Assembly (NCBI GenBank): GCA_051294375.1
Contig: CM119270.1
Location: forward strand, 15,446,092-15,498,701
Length of the DNA: 52,610 bases
DNA from: Paraspadella gotoi
Lineage: Eukaryota; Animalia; Chaetognatha
Direction: 5' to 3'
The notes under the pieces are model-generated. The model saw nothing but the letters and a program-made list of their open reading frames with translations, was not told where the DNA came from and searched no databases. Both the position numbers and the translations under genes were made by a program. This document shows positions 23,551-35,424 of the stretch, piece after piece; the first letter of the stretch is position 1; each line of letters starts with the position of its first letter.

Positions 23551-24400
23551 TGTCCAGCTCCCCCGCTGGCGCCTCTAATGTTGTGATTCCCACCCGCGCC
23601 TCAAATCGTAATCCAAGCAATTTTACCGGAATCGCCGACGACGACGACGACGACGACGACGACGTCCCTCCAGCCTTAGTGACCATTGGGAGAGCCGCTA
23701 TAGCGTCCGATGCCGGGAAGATTAAATTCCCTAAGCCTCCCTTTGTCTCTGCAAACTTGCGAGGTGATTGGTGCACTCAGACGGGATGGGTTTCGTTCGC
23801 CTGCTTGTCATAACCATCGAGCAATAAAGATTGCATTTCATGCTCCCGTAAAAATTTTAAAATATCCATAACCAATAACAAAAACTGTCCAACTTACTGA
23901 CGCTGCTGAATTTATTTATTTTTATTTATTCATTTATTCATTTCTTTATTTTTTATTAATAATCCAAAACGCGTTAGATTTAACGTTATGTCTTGACGCT
24001 TGCTTTTTTGTTGGCGGCCTTCAGCAACTCATGGCCCATCAGTTTTCGTCTGCGGTTCAACCTGACTTTAATTCCGCCCCAGGCCAGACCAATCAACTGT
24101 GAATCTCCCCATTGAAGGCATTTCCCACCTGAGGGACGTTTTTCTTTTGTCAAAAGGAAAAGTCAGTCAGTCAGTCTCCACCCGAACGACACTCACTTTG
24201 GCCCAACGAAGTCAATTGGACCTGAATGGACCTCGATCGGACTCGTTCACCGCTGACCACGCCCACGTATCGTCCACGCCTCCGACTCCGCCTTCGCAGC
24301 CGCTTTCGCCGCTGAGGCCGCCGTTTCGACCGCCGACGTCGCAGCGCCATCTCCGCCTCCGTCGACGACGGGAATCAGCGGCGAGAAAAACATAAGAACG
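23495..24400 (-). CDS. Possible multi-exon minus-strand coding region, unidentified and error-ridden
   Basis: Protein-like stretches (AATSAVETAASAAKAAAKAESEAW; AWSAVNESDRGPF; EHEMQSLLLDGYDKQ; KFAETKGGLGNLIFPASDAIAALP) and a short GTGAGT...CTGAC...CAG intron-like interval at ~24130-24197. The frames do not join cleanly. Confidence 0.25.
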
Positions 24401-27400
24401 ACGCTGCTGACGGTGACAAAGATGACAACAAAACGACAACTGTAGGCTAGCCTTGGCAACATAGAACAATTATTAAATAAGTGATTAACATTGGTGCCCC
24501 GGAAAAAAAATATTGGTGCCAATTACTTTAAATATCGATTCGTAAATGTCAATGACTTTTAAAATGTAGTAAAGTAACGTTTGGTTCATTTGAAAAACAC
24601 GATGACGACGATTTAAACAACAACAAAGATAGTATGGACATCGGACAACGAAGCTAACATTCCGAACAACAACATCAACGGGGAGCCATGTGGACAACAA
24701 CCGCATTGTGGACAACGACGACCAACGCCCACGCAACTACGCGGACCGCAACCAGAGCCAACGATGGCATTGGGGATTTAATCGCTTTAATCACTGGCGA
24801 TAATCGCACAAAGAAAATGGCGTCCACCACCCGCGTCACGAGTTGACGACGCATAATGGGAGAAATCTAGCGGAGGACCGAGGAATTAAAACCAGGGGGC
24901 GTGTGGGGGGAGAAAACAAAAGGTAAACAATGGGAAAAGGAAGGGTTGGGAGAGAAAAAGGGTTGGGAAGAAAAGGAAAGGGAGAGAGAGGAAAGGAGGA
25001 TATGAAATAGAGTTTGAAAATAGACTGACATTAGTATGTTATGCAGCTTTATGATAATGGAATCGGATTAGAAAATAGAGTTTCATTGTTATGATTATTA
25101 GTCTCAAAATCGTTTTTTAAACCGTTTTCACTCTAATGAACATGAAACAGCCGTCTTATTTTCAACATCATACATACATTCCTTTCAATTATTTAATCCA
25201 ACATGAAAATCTTAAGAGCATCACTTTTGGTGTCAAAGTTTTGTAGCTTAAACGATCTTTTGTGCGACTCGTTTTTCTGTTTTATAAACTACAATATATG
25301 AGCATCGTCGTCACTGGTTAGTTATTAACTCTTTATTAACTCTCACTAAGTGAGACGGCGTAAAGAGAATTAGGCGGATCTCTGACGTCATTTACTAGAG
25401 ATAGAGTCGCCCTCATTATTTAAATCAGGATCACACTCGTCGAATTTTGACAGAAAAATGTTTCGGGAAATAATAAAACATTAGCAAAAAAAGTCACATT
25501 TTTAATCCGGACTTAAAGTTGCGATTATTTTTTTTCCTAACCTATTGATTTTTATTCCATGGCGACGACAACTGACCCATAAAGTGTTAATTAATTCTAA
25601 ATCCTAATTCTACAATATGCAAATAAGATTAAAGTACAAGAAAACTTTTTTTTAATTAAATCACCATTTATTAGCTATCGACCACAAGGAAAATCATCGA
25701 CCTTGAACGAGGCGCGGGCGATTCTAGTCACTCACAGTATGTTTCAATATCAGAATCACCGGCTTTTCACAGTCAGTGAAAGAGACTAACCGACACAGAC
25801 GATCACCGAGGGATTCGAAATGCAGAGAGGAAAATAAAATGGCGGTGATCGAGTGAACGAGTGATTAAAGTTCACACTTCACAGTTTTACTCGTCGTGAC
25901 GAGTGAAGTATTCGATTTTATGAGTCATCGAGACCTAATAAAATATCGGGGAGGCCGGAGGGGGGGGGATCGTAAACGAGCATTGAGTTAAATCATTCGA
26001 AACAAACATTCATAAATTTTACATGCATGTAGTATGAAACAAGACGTTCTAACTTGAGTTTATCACCGCCGATCGACTTTGAAAGTCATTGGTTCTCCAC
26101 CATCCATTCACACACCACCTTTACTTCGCACTCCCCCGTCCCTCGCCCATCCTGCAATTCACCCCCCCCCCTTTTAACGCCTTATTGAAAAGGTTGTTCG
26201 CTTACAAGACGCACAATGGGGCGTCAAAGAGAATGGCACCATTCTGCGTTCATCCGTCGCCCTTCCATCGCTGGTTCCATCCGCGGTTCCACGATGACCA
26301 TTAGTTTAAAAGGCGGGAGTTTGATAGAGTGGTACTATAATTTATGATTATAGTATAACTTAAATTTATATTTTACTGAGAAGCAAATTTAAAAAAAAAA
26401 AGATTTTTATTTAGACCCGTCAATTAAGCGGTGAGAAGTTGGCCGATATTCAACAATTTAGAAAGTAAATACCCCCAAATTATTTTGCTGTAAAATATTA
26501 TTTCAGTATTTTTTTTTCGTATATATAATATATAAAAATCTTTATTTTTCATCAAAATTAGCCACCCTATTCCTACGCGCGTCCTCAGGACCCGCGATCG
26601 CGTCTGACCATCGCGTTCAGTCAACTAAGAAAAAAACCGATGGACGCGCGAGCGAGAAACAGAAAATAGAAAAATCTCATTTGCATAAAGGAATCATTCG
26701 TTATGACGGAGGTTAAGCGGGACCGTAAACAAGGGAGAAGAGAGCGAGAGCGAGAGGAGCATCCTTTATCTCTCTCTCTCTCTCTCCATCTTTTACTGGT
26801 TGTCTTTTCATTCATTATTAACGCGGGGGCAGCGAGAAGGAGAGAAAAAAATGGAAGAATGATTTTTTTAAAAAAATATTTATCTTTTTTTCCCTTTGTT
26901 TAAGTTTGACTAATGACAGCGAGATTTTTTCTCCGCTTATGTTATGCGCACGACCGTTCGCACCTTGTTCGCATGTTCTTCGCGCTCATAGGATGTGTTC
27001 GTGATTCGATTTAAGATGTGACTCATGATGTGAGATCGAAGGAAGGAAATCGAAATTGAACGTAAACAGAAACGTGTTATCCTTCGACCTTTCACCGCCG
27101 AAGTCGCGAGTTTTACTAACGTAATCATATTTTGTAAACAAATCAAAACGAGATATTAAAAAAAATATAACTGCCAACCGTAAAGACTTTTACTATGAAA
27201 TGACGCTTGAAAATATATAGAATTAAGTGAACAAGTAAAAAATTTTCCCACGAATCTTGTAAAGTAATGCAATCTTAGTTAAATTGGAGAGCAGAGAATA
27301 CCGGAGAGAAAACCGGTTAAAAAACCCGGATGTAACTTCTTTGGCGACGAATCGAATCGTCATCATCGTCTTCTGTCGGCTTTGCTTAACGACTTCTCTA

Positions 27401-27444
27401 GGAAATCAAAATGGCGCCGTGTCATAAGCGCAGCGTCAACCCGT

Positions 27445-27503
27445 CGCATATCCTGCCGCATATCCTGCGCATATCTCGCCGCATATCTCGCCGCAAATAT
27501 CGC
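27445..27503. repeat. 5 x ~12 bp tandem repeat CGCATATCTCGC next to a YY1-like CAAAATGGCGCC motif (27407)
   Basis: Direct reading. Confidence 0.8.
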
Positions 27504-28388
27504 TCATGATGGCTCCCCCATTTACGTCATCTCTTTTTTTTTTTATCATTTTTTTTCATTCCGTCTCCCACTGACAGGACAGTTAATTCGATGGGTCCTT
27601 TAATGGTTCCATCCTCTCGCGGTTCCGTTCGGTTCCATCAGGCGGTCGCGGTCCGTCGCCTCCCGTTTGTCTCAATACCCTTTGGGTCTTAGATTAATCG
27701 AAGGGCGTGCGCCGTCTTGCCAGTCAAGAGAAGGGTGCGGTCGCTCTACGATAAACTTGAAAAATGAGTGAAAAATCTCATTTGCATATAGTAGTAAGAG
27801 GTTTTGTCGATACAAACACGATATTTACTGTTTTAATATGTTAATTAAAATAAACTATTTAAAGAAATTATTACAATTTCTTGAAGGACCTCGAATAAAA
27901 GAAAAAAACAGTTTATGGGTTATCTGAGAAAAGCCATGAAATAAATGTTAGGTAAACCAGTTTGAAGACCTTTTTAAACAATATTTAAAAAAATAGAAGT
28001 TCCTGGCATTAAAATATCACTCTTTCTAGTACGTAATTTCAGACCGTTTAGCTCGTAAAAAAATGATCCTGCTTATAGCATACCATCTGGCATATTCAAA
28101 TTGTGCAAAAAATTGAAGGTTTTTCGATCTACAGGCTATAATTCCCCTCACATTTTTTAAACGTCGTTACCTACTGAAATGAGCTGTCTCATAGTAACTT
28201 CTCATTGTAACTTCTCTCTCAAACTTTTGTCCTATTAACTCTCAATTTATTTTTCTGCGTCTTTCCGCTTTGAGACGCGTAAGAAAAACAATTAAAACGA
28301 ATTCGATTCGATAAACGATAACGAGATAAATGAACACCTCACTCGGTGCGCGGGCGAATAAACGAGGCGGAGGAATCATTACACTTTG

Positions 28389-28501
<113 letters not shown>

Positions 28502-28714
28502 AATTCACGCTGATTAATGCCTATCACGGTAATGACGATCACAATGACGAAGGAAAAAAAAGTGGGTGAATTTGAAACGACGACGACGACGACAACGACG
28601 ACAACAACGACGACAATGACGATAATAGACTTTTGGGAATAATTACGCCGTCGATTTGGCCTCAATTTCCGGATTTTGCGTAAAAAACGAAGTTGATATC
28701 GATTAATTTTCGTT

Positions 28715-28980
28715 TAACTTTTGGGTCGTCGTCATCATGGTTTTCGTCGTTGTCGTCGTTGTCGTCGTCGTCGTCTTCTTCTTCGCCGTCATCGTCTCGT
28801 TCGTATTCGACATCATCGTTTTCGTCGTCGTCGTCGTCGTCGTCATCGTCTTATTCCTCCTCGACATTATGGTTTTCGTCGTCGTCTGCCACTTCGTCTA
28901 TTTTGTCGTCGTCGTCGTCGTTTAATTGACTATGTTTTCAATGTCATTATTTTTCTTCGTCTTTCCTTTCGTCGTCGTCT
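28715..28980. repeat. Degenerate (TCG)n trinucleotide repeat
   Basis: Direct reading. It is the source of the poly-S/R/V pseudo-ORFs in the track. Confidence 0.85.
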
Positions 28981-29236
28981 TTATCATCCATTTACTCAAA
29001 ACCCAAAAGAGTCAAACCAATTGTTAACAGTTCTAAAGATCCAAGAAATCATCTTGGCTCGAAAAGACATAATTCCATCGAGGATGAAATAAAATCCCGA
29101 AAGGTGCAGATGTAAAGCGAATTAAATTGAGGGAAATTCCCTCGCGAATTTAAGATTTGTTGCTTCTTTCCTTTCCTATTGATTAGTCCCTCACACCCCC
29201 CCATAATCGGTATCCTTATTTTCTGGTTAACTCTCT

Positions 29237-29294
<58 letters not shown>

Positions 29295-29464
29295 TCTCTC
29301 TCTCTCTCTCGTCTCCCCGAGGATGTTTTTATGGTTTTTTCCTCTTTAAACGATTTCGGATTCACTGGATTTCGCGCGATGCTTCACTTTTCATCCTCTC
29401 TTCACGAAATTAACCTCGATAGGGGTGAACCCTGTTTTTGCACCTGTGGCGAAAGAGAGAAGAG

Positions 29465-29571
<107 letters not shown>

Positions 29572-29690
29572 GATTGAGAGTTGCATCCCTCTCTCTCTCC
29601 TCATCTGACGTGATTCTCTCTCTCGTCGAGGAAATAACTTCTTTAATCTTTTGTTTGATTTTTTCCAATTGTGTTGTTTTTACATTTTAG

Positions 29691-29834
29691 ACGTCGCCAC
29701 CATTCCGAACCACAACAACAACAACAGGAAGAAGCAACAAACGTCGACTCTCCCCAGTCGAAGTGAACAACGACAACAAAAATCTCTGAACGAGACCCGG
29801 ACCGCCGCCGGACCTGATCCCGGGAGTAGAGAAG
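29691..29834 (+). CDS. Internal exon (144 nt, phase 1/1) of the candidate BH3-only gene
   Basis: TTTTTACATTTTAG| acceptor and AAG|GTAAAT donor. Only one of three frames is open: (D)VATIPNHNNNNRKKQQTSTLPSRSEQRQQKSLNETRTAAGPDPGSRE. Followed by a CTTT-repeat intron. Confidence 0.65.
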
Positions 29835-29865
29835 GTAAATTTTTCTTTCTTTCTTCTTTCTTTCT

Positions 29866-29901
<36 letters not shown>

Positions 29902-29911
29902 TTTTTTTTTT

Positions 29912-29942
<31 letters not shown>

Positions 29943-30037
29943 TTTTCTTTCTTTCTTTTCTTTCTTTCTTTCTTTCTTTCTTCATTCTTTCTCTCTCTCT
30001 CTCGCTTCTCATTTTATTCCATTCCTTTTTGACAGAG

Positions 30038-30111
30038 CTTCCCAACTTCCGGTTATCGGGAGAGAACTTTCTCGCATCGCAGATGAAATCGAAGCGGAAT
30101 ACAGCGGAAGG
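30038..30111 (+). CDS. BH3-motif exon of a candidate BH3-only (Bim/Puma/Bmf-class) Bcl-2 family protein
   Basis: The frame starting at 30037 reads ASQLPVIGRELSRIADEIEAEYSGR, matching the BH3 consensus phi-G/A-x-x-L-x-x-I-G/A-D-E-phi. Polypyrimidine tract plus CAG/AG acceptor at 30033-30037, and a consensus AGG|GTAAGT donor (phase 0) at 30111/30112. Confidence 0.65.
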
Positions 30112-30440
30112 GTAAGTAAAAGTAAAACAACAACAACAAGAACTTTTAAACATTAAAACGAATAAGTAAATTATAAAAAGAAATTTATTTAAACGACAGA
30201 AATGCTAAATGACAATCTCTCTCTCTCGTCTCTCTCCTCTCTCTCTCTCTCTCTTCTCTCTCTCTTCGTCTCTCTCTGCTCTTCTCTCTTTTTTTTCACT
30301 TTGCTTACCCGCCAAGCTAACCATCTCTCTCCCTCTAACCGCACTCACCTCAACCAAGCAATAATGTCGAATAAACGCCGCCCATATTTTTTTTTCAATC
30401 TTTTTTTTCCAATCAATTTTATATTCTCCTCGGCAGTCGT

Positions 30441-30514
<74 letters not shown>

Positions 30515-30546
30515 GTCCTCTCTTCGTCTGCGCTCTCCTCCACCAG

Positions 30547-30618
30547 ACGACTCCCTCTCCATCTTTCTCCCCCACGCCCACTTCACTCACTGCCGTCTCC
30601 ATCGTCTCGATTTTGTGA
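30547..30618 (+). CDS. Candidate terminal exon of the BH3-only gene
   Basis: Long CT tract then CCACCAG| acceptor. The phase-0 reading is TTPSPSFSPTPTSLTAVSIVSIL-stop, with a hydrophobic end and AATAAA overlapping the stop. Alternative acceptors exist (e.g. ~30316). Confidence 0.3.
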   Translation, partial: TTPSPSFSPTPTSLTAVSIVSIL

Positions 30619-31400
30619 ATAAATCATTTGACGAACCTGAAGAGAAAAAGGAAATAGTTATGATCGAGATAAAAAAAGAGACTCGGGGTGGACGAAAAAT
30701 CAAGTGGAACGATGCCGACGAGAACGACGATATACGACGACGATAAAAACCGAGACGATCCATAAAGGCGCCCGACGCCGTCGAGTAAACGACGCCGAGA
30801 TAAAAGGGGGGCGCTTCAGGGGGCGGGAAGGCGTCGATAAAGGATTTGGGGAATCGGCGCCGCGACCGCGGGAACCGCGCGACCCGACGCCGACGCCGAC
30901 GGGTGCGCCGACGCCGCGCCGGACGCCGGGGCGGGAAAAGTAGGTATGAAGGCTGCGGGGTGATGCGACTGGATCGACTCGGAGCGCTGAGAGCATGGAT
31001 TGCGATGGATCACTGGATGGACTGTGCGACTGGTGATTACTGATGTACTCTGCGATTACCGTGATATGCTTCTGATATGATGTGGACGTACTATGGATGG
31101 ATCTAGCATGATGACTATGAGACATGTTTTATATCATGATCAGTGTTTGTCGTTGTTGACACTTTAACTTTAAGATTGCGTCAGATCAGAGAACAAAGTT
31201 TTTATTCGTTGCAAACAATGAGGGATTCGTTCCCTAGTTTTTTCGGTCCCGAGCTTGGATAAACTTAATTCTCAATGGAGGCCACGAAGGACTCGCTTAT
31301 TATAAAGACGAATTTATATTAAACAATATCTATATGCTTTTTGATTTAGTTTAGAAACTCGGGAACGAATCCCACACAAAATAAAAACTCTTTTCACTTC

Positions 31401-31444
31401 GACGCTGATGAAGACTCGAAAACCAAGAGTCGAAAGCGTCGCGT
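31401..31444 (+). ncRNA. Minimal type I hammerhead ribozyme motif (Penelope-like element type)
   Basis: GACG-CTGATGA(31405-31411)-A-GACTC-gaaaaccaa-GAGTC-GAAA(31432-31435)-GCG-TC-GCGT: both core boxes, a perfect 5 bp helix II, a vestigial helix III, UC triplet ending at 31440, and AATAAA at 31455. The helix I register is off by one nucleotide. Confidence 0.6.
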
Positions 31445-31799
31445 TTTTATTTGTAATAAAAAATCGTGTTATTTGCGAACAAACAAATATACTTTTGTTT
31501 ACTCTAATATGTTGAACAGCTGTGTGATGCGTGGTAGGGCTTAAACGTGGGCGTTACGTGGCGTGTCTTTCGCGGGCAACGGGTTGCAGCTGATGGGTTA
31601 GTTAAAGTGAATATCCAGGGTGCATTTTCGATTCTTTTGTCTGTGATGATGGTTCTCTGTTTCGTGGTCAATTTAATTTCGTCATCTCCGTCTAAAATGA
31701 TTCATGCAGAGCGATATATTGTTTTTTTGTCGGCTGAGAAAAAAAAGTCCCGGAAAAGCAAGGCTGGCCACCTGCCCCAACTTGAAGACTCCTCTGCTC

Positions 31800-32357
31800 T
31801 CTCTCGTCTCCTCTCTCTCTCTCTCTCTCTCTCTATCTCGTCTCTCATCTCTCTCTCTCATCTCTTCTCTCTCTCTCTCTCTTCGACTCATCCATCTCGT
31901 CCTCGTTTTTTCAGAGCTTTCTCCCTCTGACTCGCTTAACCTCCAACCTTAACCAGAATCACACAATCATCCTCTTAACTAAAAAAAATCCGTAAGCACC
32001 TCTCTTCCTCTCTCTCGTCCCTCTCTCTCTCTCTCTCTCTCTCTCTCATCTCTCATCTCTCTCGCTCTCTCTCTCTTCGCATCTCATCTCTCCCTCTCTC
32101 TCTCGGTCCATTATCCCTTTCCGTCATGAATCAGAACAGAGAGGGAGATACGATTTAAATATTCCTTTAATGGGGTNNNNNNNNNNNNNNNNNNNNNNNN
32201 NTCTCCTCTCTCTCTCTCTCTCTCACTCCACTCTTCTCGTTTTTTCAGACTTTCTCCCTCTGACTCGCTTACCTGCAACCTTAGCCAGAAGATCACCAAT
32301 CACTCCTCTTAACTAAAAAAAAAAAATTCCGTAACACCTCTCTCTCTCTCGCTCCTC

Positions 32358-32442
<85 letters not shown>

Positions 32443-32490
32443 TCTCCTCATTGAAATCAAACAGAGAGAGACGATTTATATTCCTTTATG
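31800..32490. repeat. Short duplication flanking a 25-N gap
   Basis: CTCGTTTTTTCAGA..CTTTCTCCCTCTGACTCGCTT..CTCTTAACTAAAAAAAA.TCCGTAA occurs at ~31903-32000 and ~32236-32340. Confidence 0.85.
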
Positions 32491-32747
32491 TGTCACTCTC
32501 CGCATTTCCGTCCCTCATTGTGGCCCCTTTTCCTTCGGCCCTCCCGCCTCGCGGTCATCAGAAAGAATTTGTTAATGCTCTTTTCTGCCGTTATATTGCT
32601 TTTATTTTCGGCTTTAATTGCTCTTTTCTTCGCCGGGTTCAGGGATGAAGGACGAGAGGAGATGATAAAGCTGGAATATGTCGAATTGAGAGGGAGAGAG
32701 AAGAGAAGAGAGAGAGAGACGAGAAGAGAGAGAGCAGAGAGAGAAGA

Positions 32748-32779
<32 letters not shown>

Positions 32780-35424
32780 CAAAGAGAAAACTCCAAATGC
32801 CGCCATAATGGATTTTCTGCGAAAGTGTGACGACAGACAGAAAGTTCGTTACTGCGCATTTAAAAACTCGATACGACAAAAGTTTCACCGAATCGTCAAT
32901 TAGTGATTCAGGTTTCGAGTTCGTCACTGATTCACTGATGTTTCAATTTTCCGTCCCGTGACTCTCACATCCTCACCGGTGATTCACTGGCGACCAAATC
33001 CGCTCCTTCGATGTTTCCTCACGAATCAAGATGATCGATTTGTTTTGTTTACAGTCGAAGATTCGAATTTGATTCTTTTTTTAGTAAACAATCATTTCTC
33101 TTTTTATTCACGCGTCATTTCTTACTTATCGTTCGAATTCAGTAGATTTATCGTTTTCAATCTAAATTCCTTAGCGTCCTGTTTCTTTTACGGTTTCAAA
33201 CGGTTTTCGAGTCATTGTGAAAACTCGTCCTTTTTCCTCACCGCCAGACCCTAAAAATAATTTGGCGATCACTCCTTCTACGAGTAAATAGGTCAAAATA
33301 ATCTACGGACTTAACAAAGGAAAAAAATCACCGTATTCCCATTTTGATCAGACTCGCGGTCAAATCGCTTCCTAAAACCACCAGCTTCTTTCCCTAATCT
33401 ATTTTTCAATCTCATCTCCTCCTAACTTTTTTTGTCCTTCCAGATCTTCAGAATCGGCGTTTTTTCCGTTTGTTCGTCTCGATCGTCGTCGTCGTTCGTC
33501 ACTTTTGTCGGTTGTTTTCCAAAGAAAATACTATTTGTTATCGCTTTGAGATACAATCCGAGAGATTATCTGACTGTTACATGCACTAACATCCTCAATT
33601 ACAAATAAGTTTGTCTAGCTATCGTTTAGTCCCATTTAAATTTAAATCTCGAACGTAAAATAAAAACTTTTTTTTTCTTTAATAGTTGCTTAGCAGCAGG
33701 ACGAACGCCTGTTAGTATACTTTGCACTTCGACATATACTAATCTCCTACTTCTCTATACCTAAAACAAAATCTTTAATCTATCAATATCAAATAGTGAC
33801 TGAGTGACTCTCTTCTCTAACGAGCCACACGCTGGTTAAGCCGATTATAAAGGGTAACCTTTTTGTCGTCGTCGCGTCCAAAAATACAAAAAACACCTTT
33901 TGAAGGGTGGACCGCCCGTTCGAAGCCATTAATCGCACCAAAGGGTTTTTCCCAACAGGATTAAACTTTCATCTCGTCGTCGTCGTCGTCGTCTATGTTG
34001 TGATGTTTTTGATTTTGTTATTGTTGTTTGTCAGTTTGTCGCCGTTCTGTTGTCGTCGTCGTCGAGGTTTCTACGTCATCGTTTTTTTCGACACTAGTTA
34101 AAGCTTTTTCGTCGTCCGTCGTCATCGTCATCAGTCTTTGTTGGTTTGTTTTTGTTGTTGTTTCTTGTGAAGTAGTTGTTGCGTTGTTAACAACATCTTT
34201 GTCGCCTGTGTAACCCTCCACTCGGACAGTCAATCATTCTCTATTGGGAGCCGTGAGCAATTTTCTGTCCTCAATATACCTATTATATATATTATATTAT
34301 TTTTATTATACTAATCATTTTCATGCCAGAGGTTTCGTTCTCTAAAATCCCTCAATCTCCGACGTCGTCTTCTTTCGTCGTCGTCTTCATGGCTAGCGCT
34401 CTTCGTCNNNNNNNNNNNNNNNNNNNNNNNNNCTCCACCCTACCCACCCAACCACCACCACAATCCCTCAACACACCCGCAGCCTCACCCGCCTCCATCT
34501 CGCTCGCTCCTGGATAACAGAATTCCCCCCCCACGTATTCATGGCCCGTTTCCAAGACTCCCGGACGCCCTCCTCATTTTTTTTTCGCTCCTGCTTTACT
34601 CACCACTAGGAGCCACGCTATTTCGCCTTTGTAGGCCCGGTACTCATTTCCTCCAGTTGCCTCTCGTCCGTGTCGCGTGTCGTCTCGTCGTCGTCACGTC
34701 GTCGTCCGTCGCGGCTCTCGTCTTATTTTGACATCGTTATTGCGGTCGTTAACTGTTATGCTCTGCGAGTTTCGATCCTTCATTGTAATTTATTCCTGTT
34801 TTTCATAAATTTAAATCAATCTCTCCTTGCCTGTTTAATTTTTTTTTGTTCTCCTCCCCCCCCCCACTGTCGCCGGCCCCCCCCTGTCTCCATCTGCCGA
34901 TTTTCCCCACCCCCAATGTTTCCCCATATCCTAAGCCCATTTGCCAATACGACTCAGACGCCTCAAGGACGAGTTCGCGTCTTCCAGACTCTTCAGAATC
35001 GGAGTTTTTTCTCTCGTCTTGTCTATCGTCCGTCGTCGTCGTCGTGTCACTTTTTTCGGTTTGTTTTCCAAAAATATTATTTGTTATCGTTTGAATAAAT
35101 CGAATTATTCTGGCTATTAATACTAATCTTAATTACAAAAGTTATTTGCTTAGCTTATCGTGTTAGTTCCCATTTAAATTATAAATCGTACGTAAATAAA
35201 AACTTTTTTTTTTTAAAGTTTTAGAGAGACGAACGTGTAATATTTCACTTTGACATAATACTAATTCCTACTTCTCTTATACCTAATAACAAAAAAATCT
35301 TTAATCTATCAAATCATAATAGTGACGAGTGACTTCTCTTCTCTAACGGACCACCACGCGTTTAACCGATTTATAATAAGGGTAACCTTTTCGTCGTCGT
35401 CGTCGTCCAAAAATAAAAACTCAC

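Noticed and set aside
24212-24270. AWSAVNESDRGPF resembling HMG-box helix 3
   Set aside because: No upstream HMG helices (P-x-x-A-F/Y) were found; too short to call.
29725-29748. RKKQQTST as an LC8 (KxTQT) motif like Bim/Bmf
   Set aside because: It has QQT rather than TQT in a low-complexity context; suggestive only.
32525-32562. Minus-strand CTGATGA-CCGC-GAG-GCGG hairpin
   Set aside because: The stem is followed by GAGG rather than GAAA, and there are no helices I/III.
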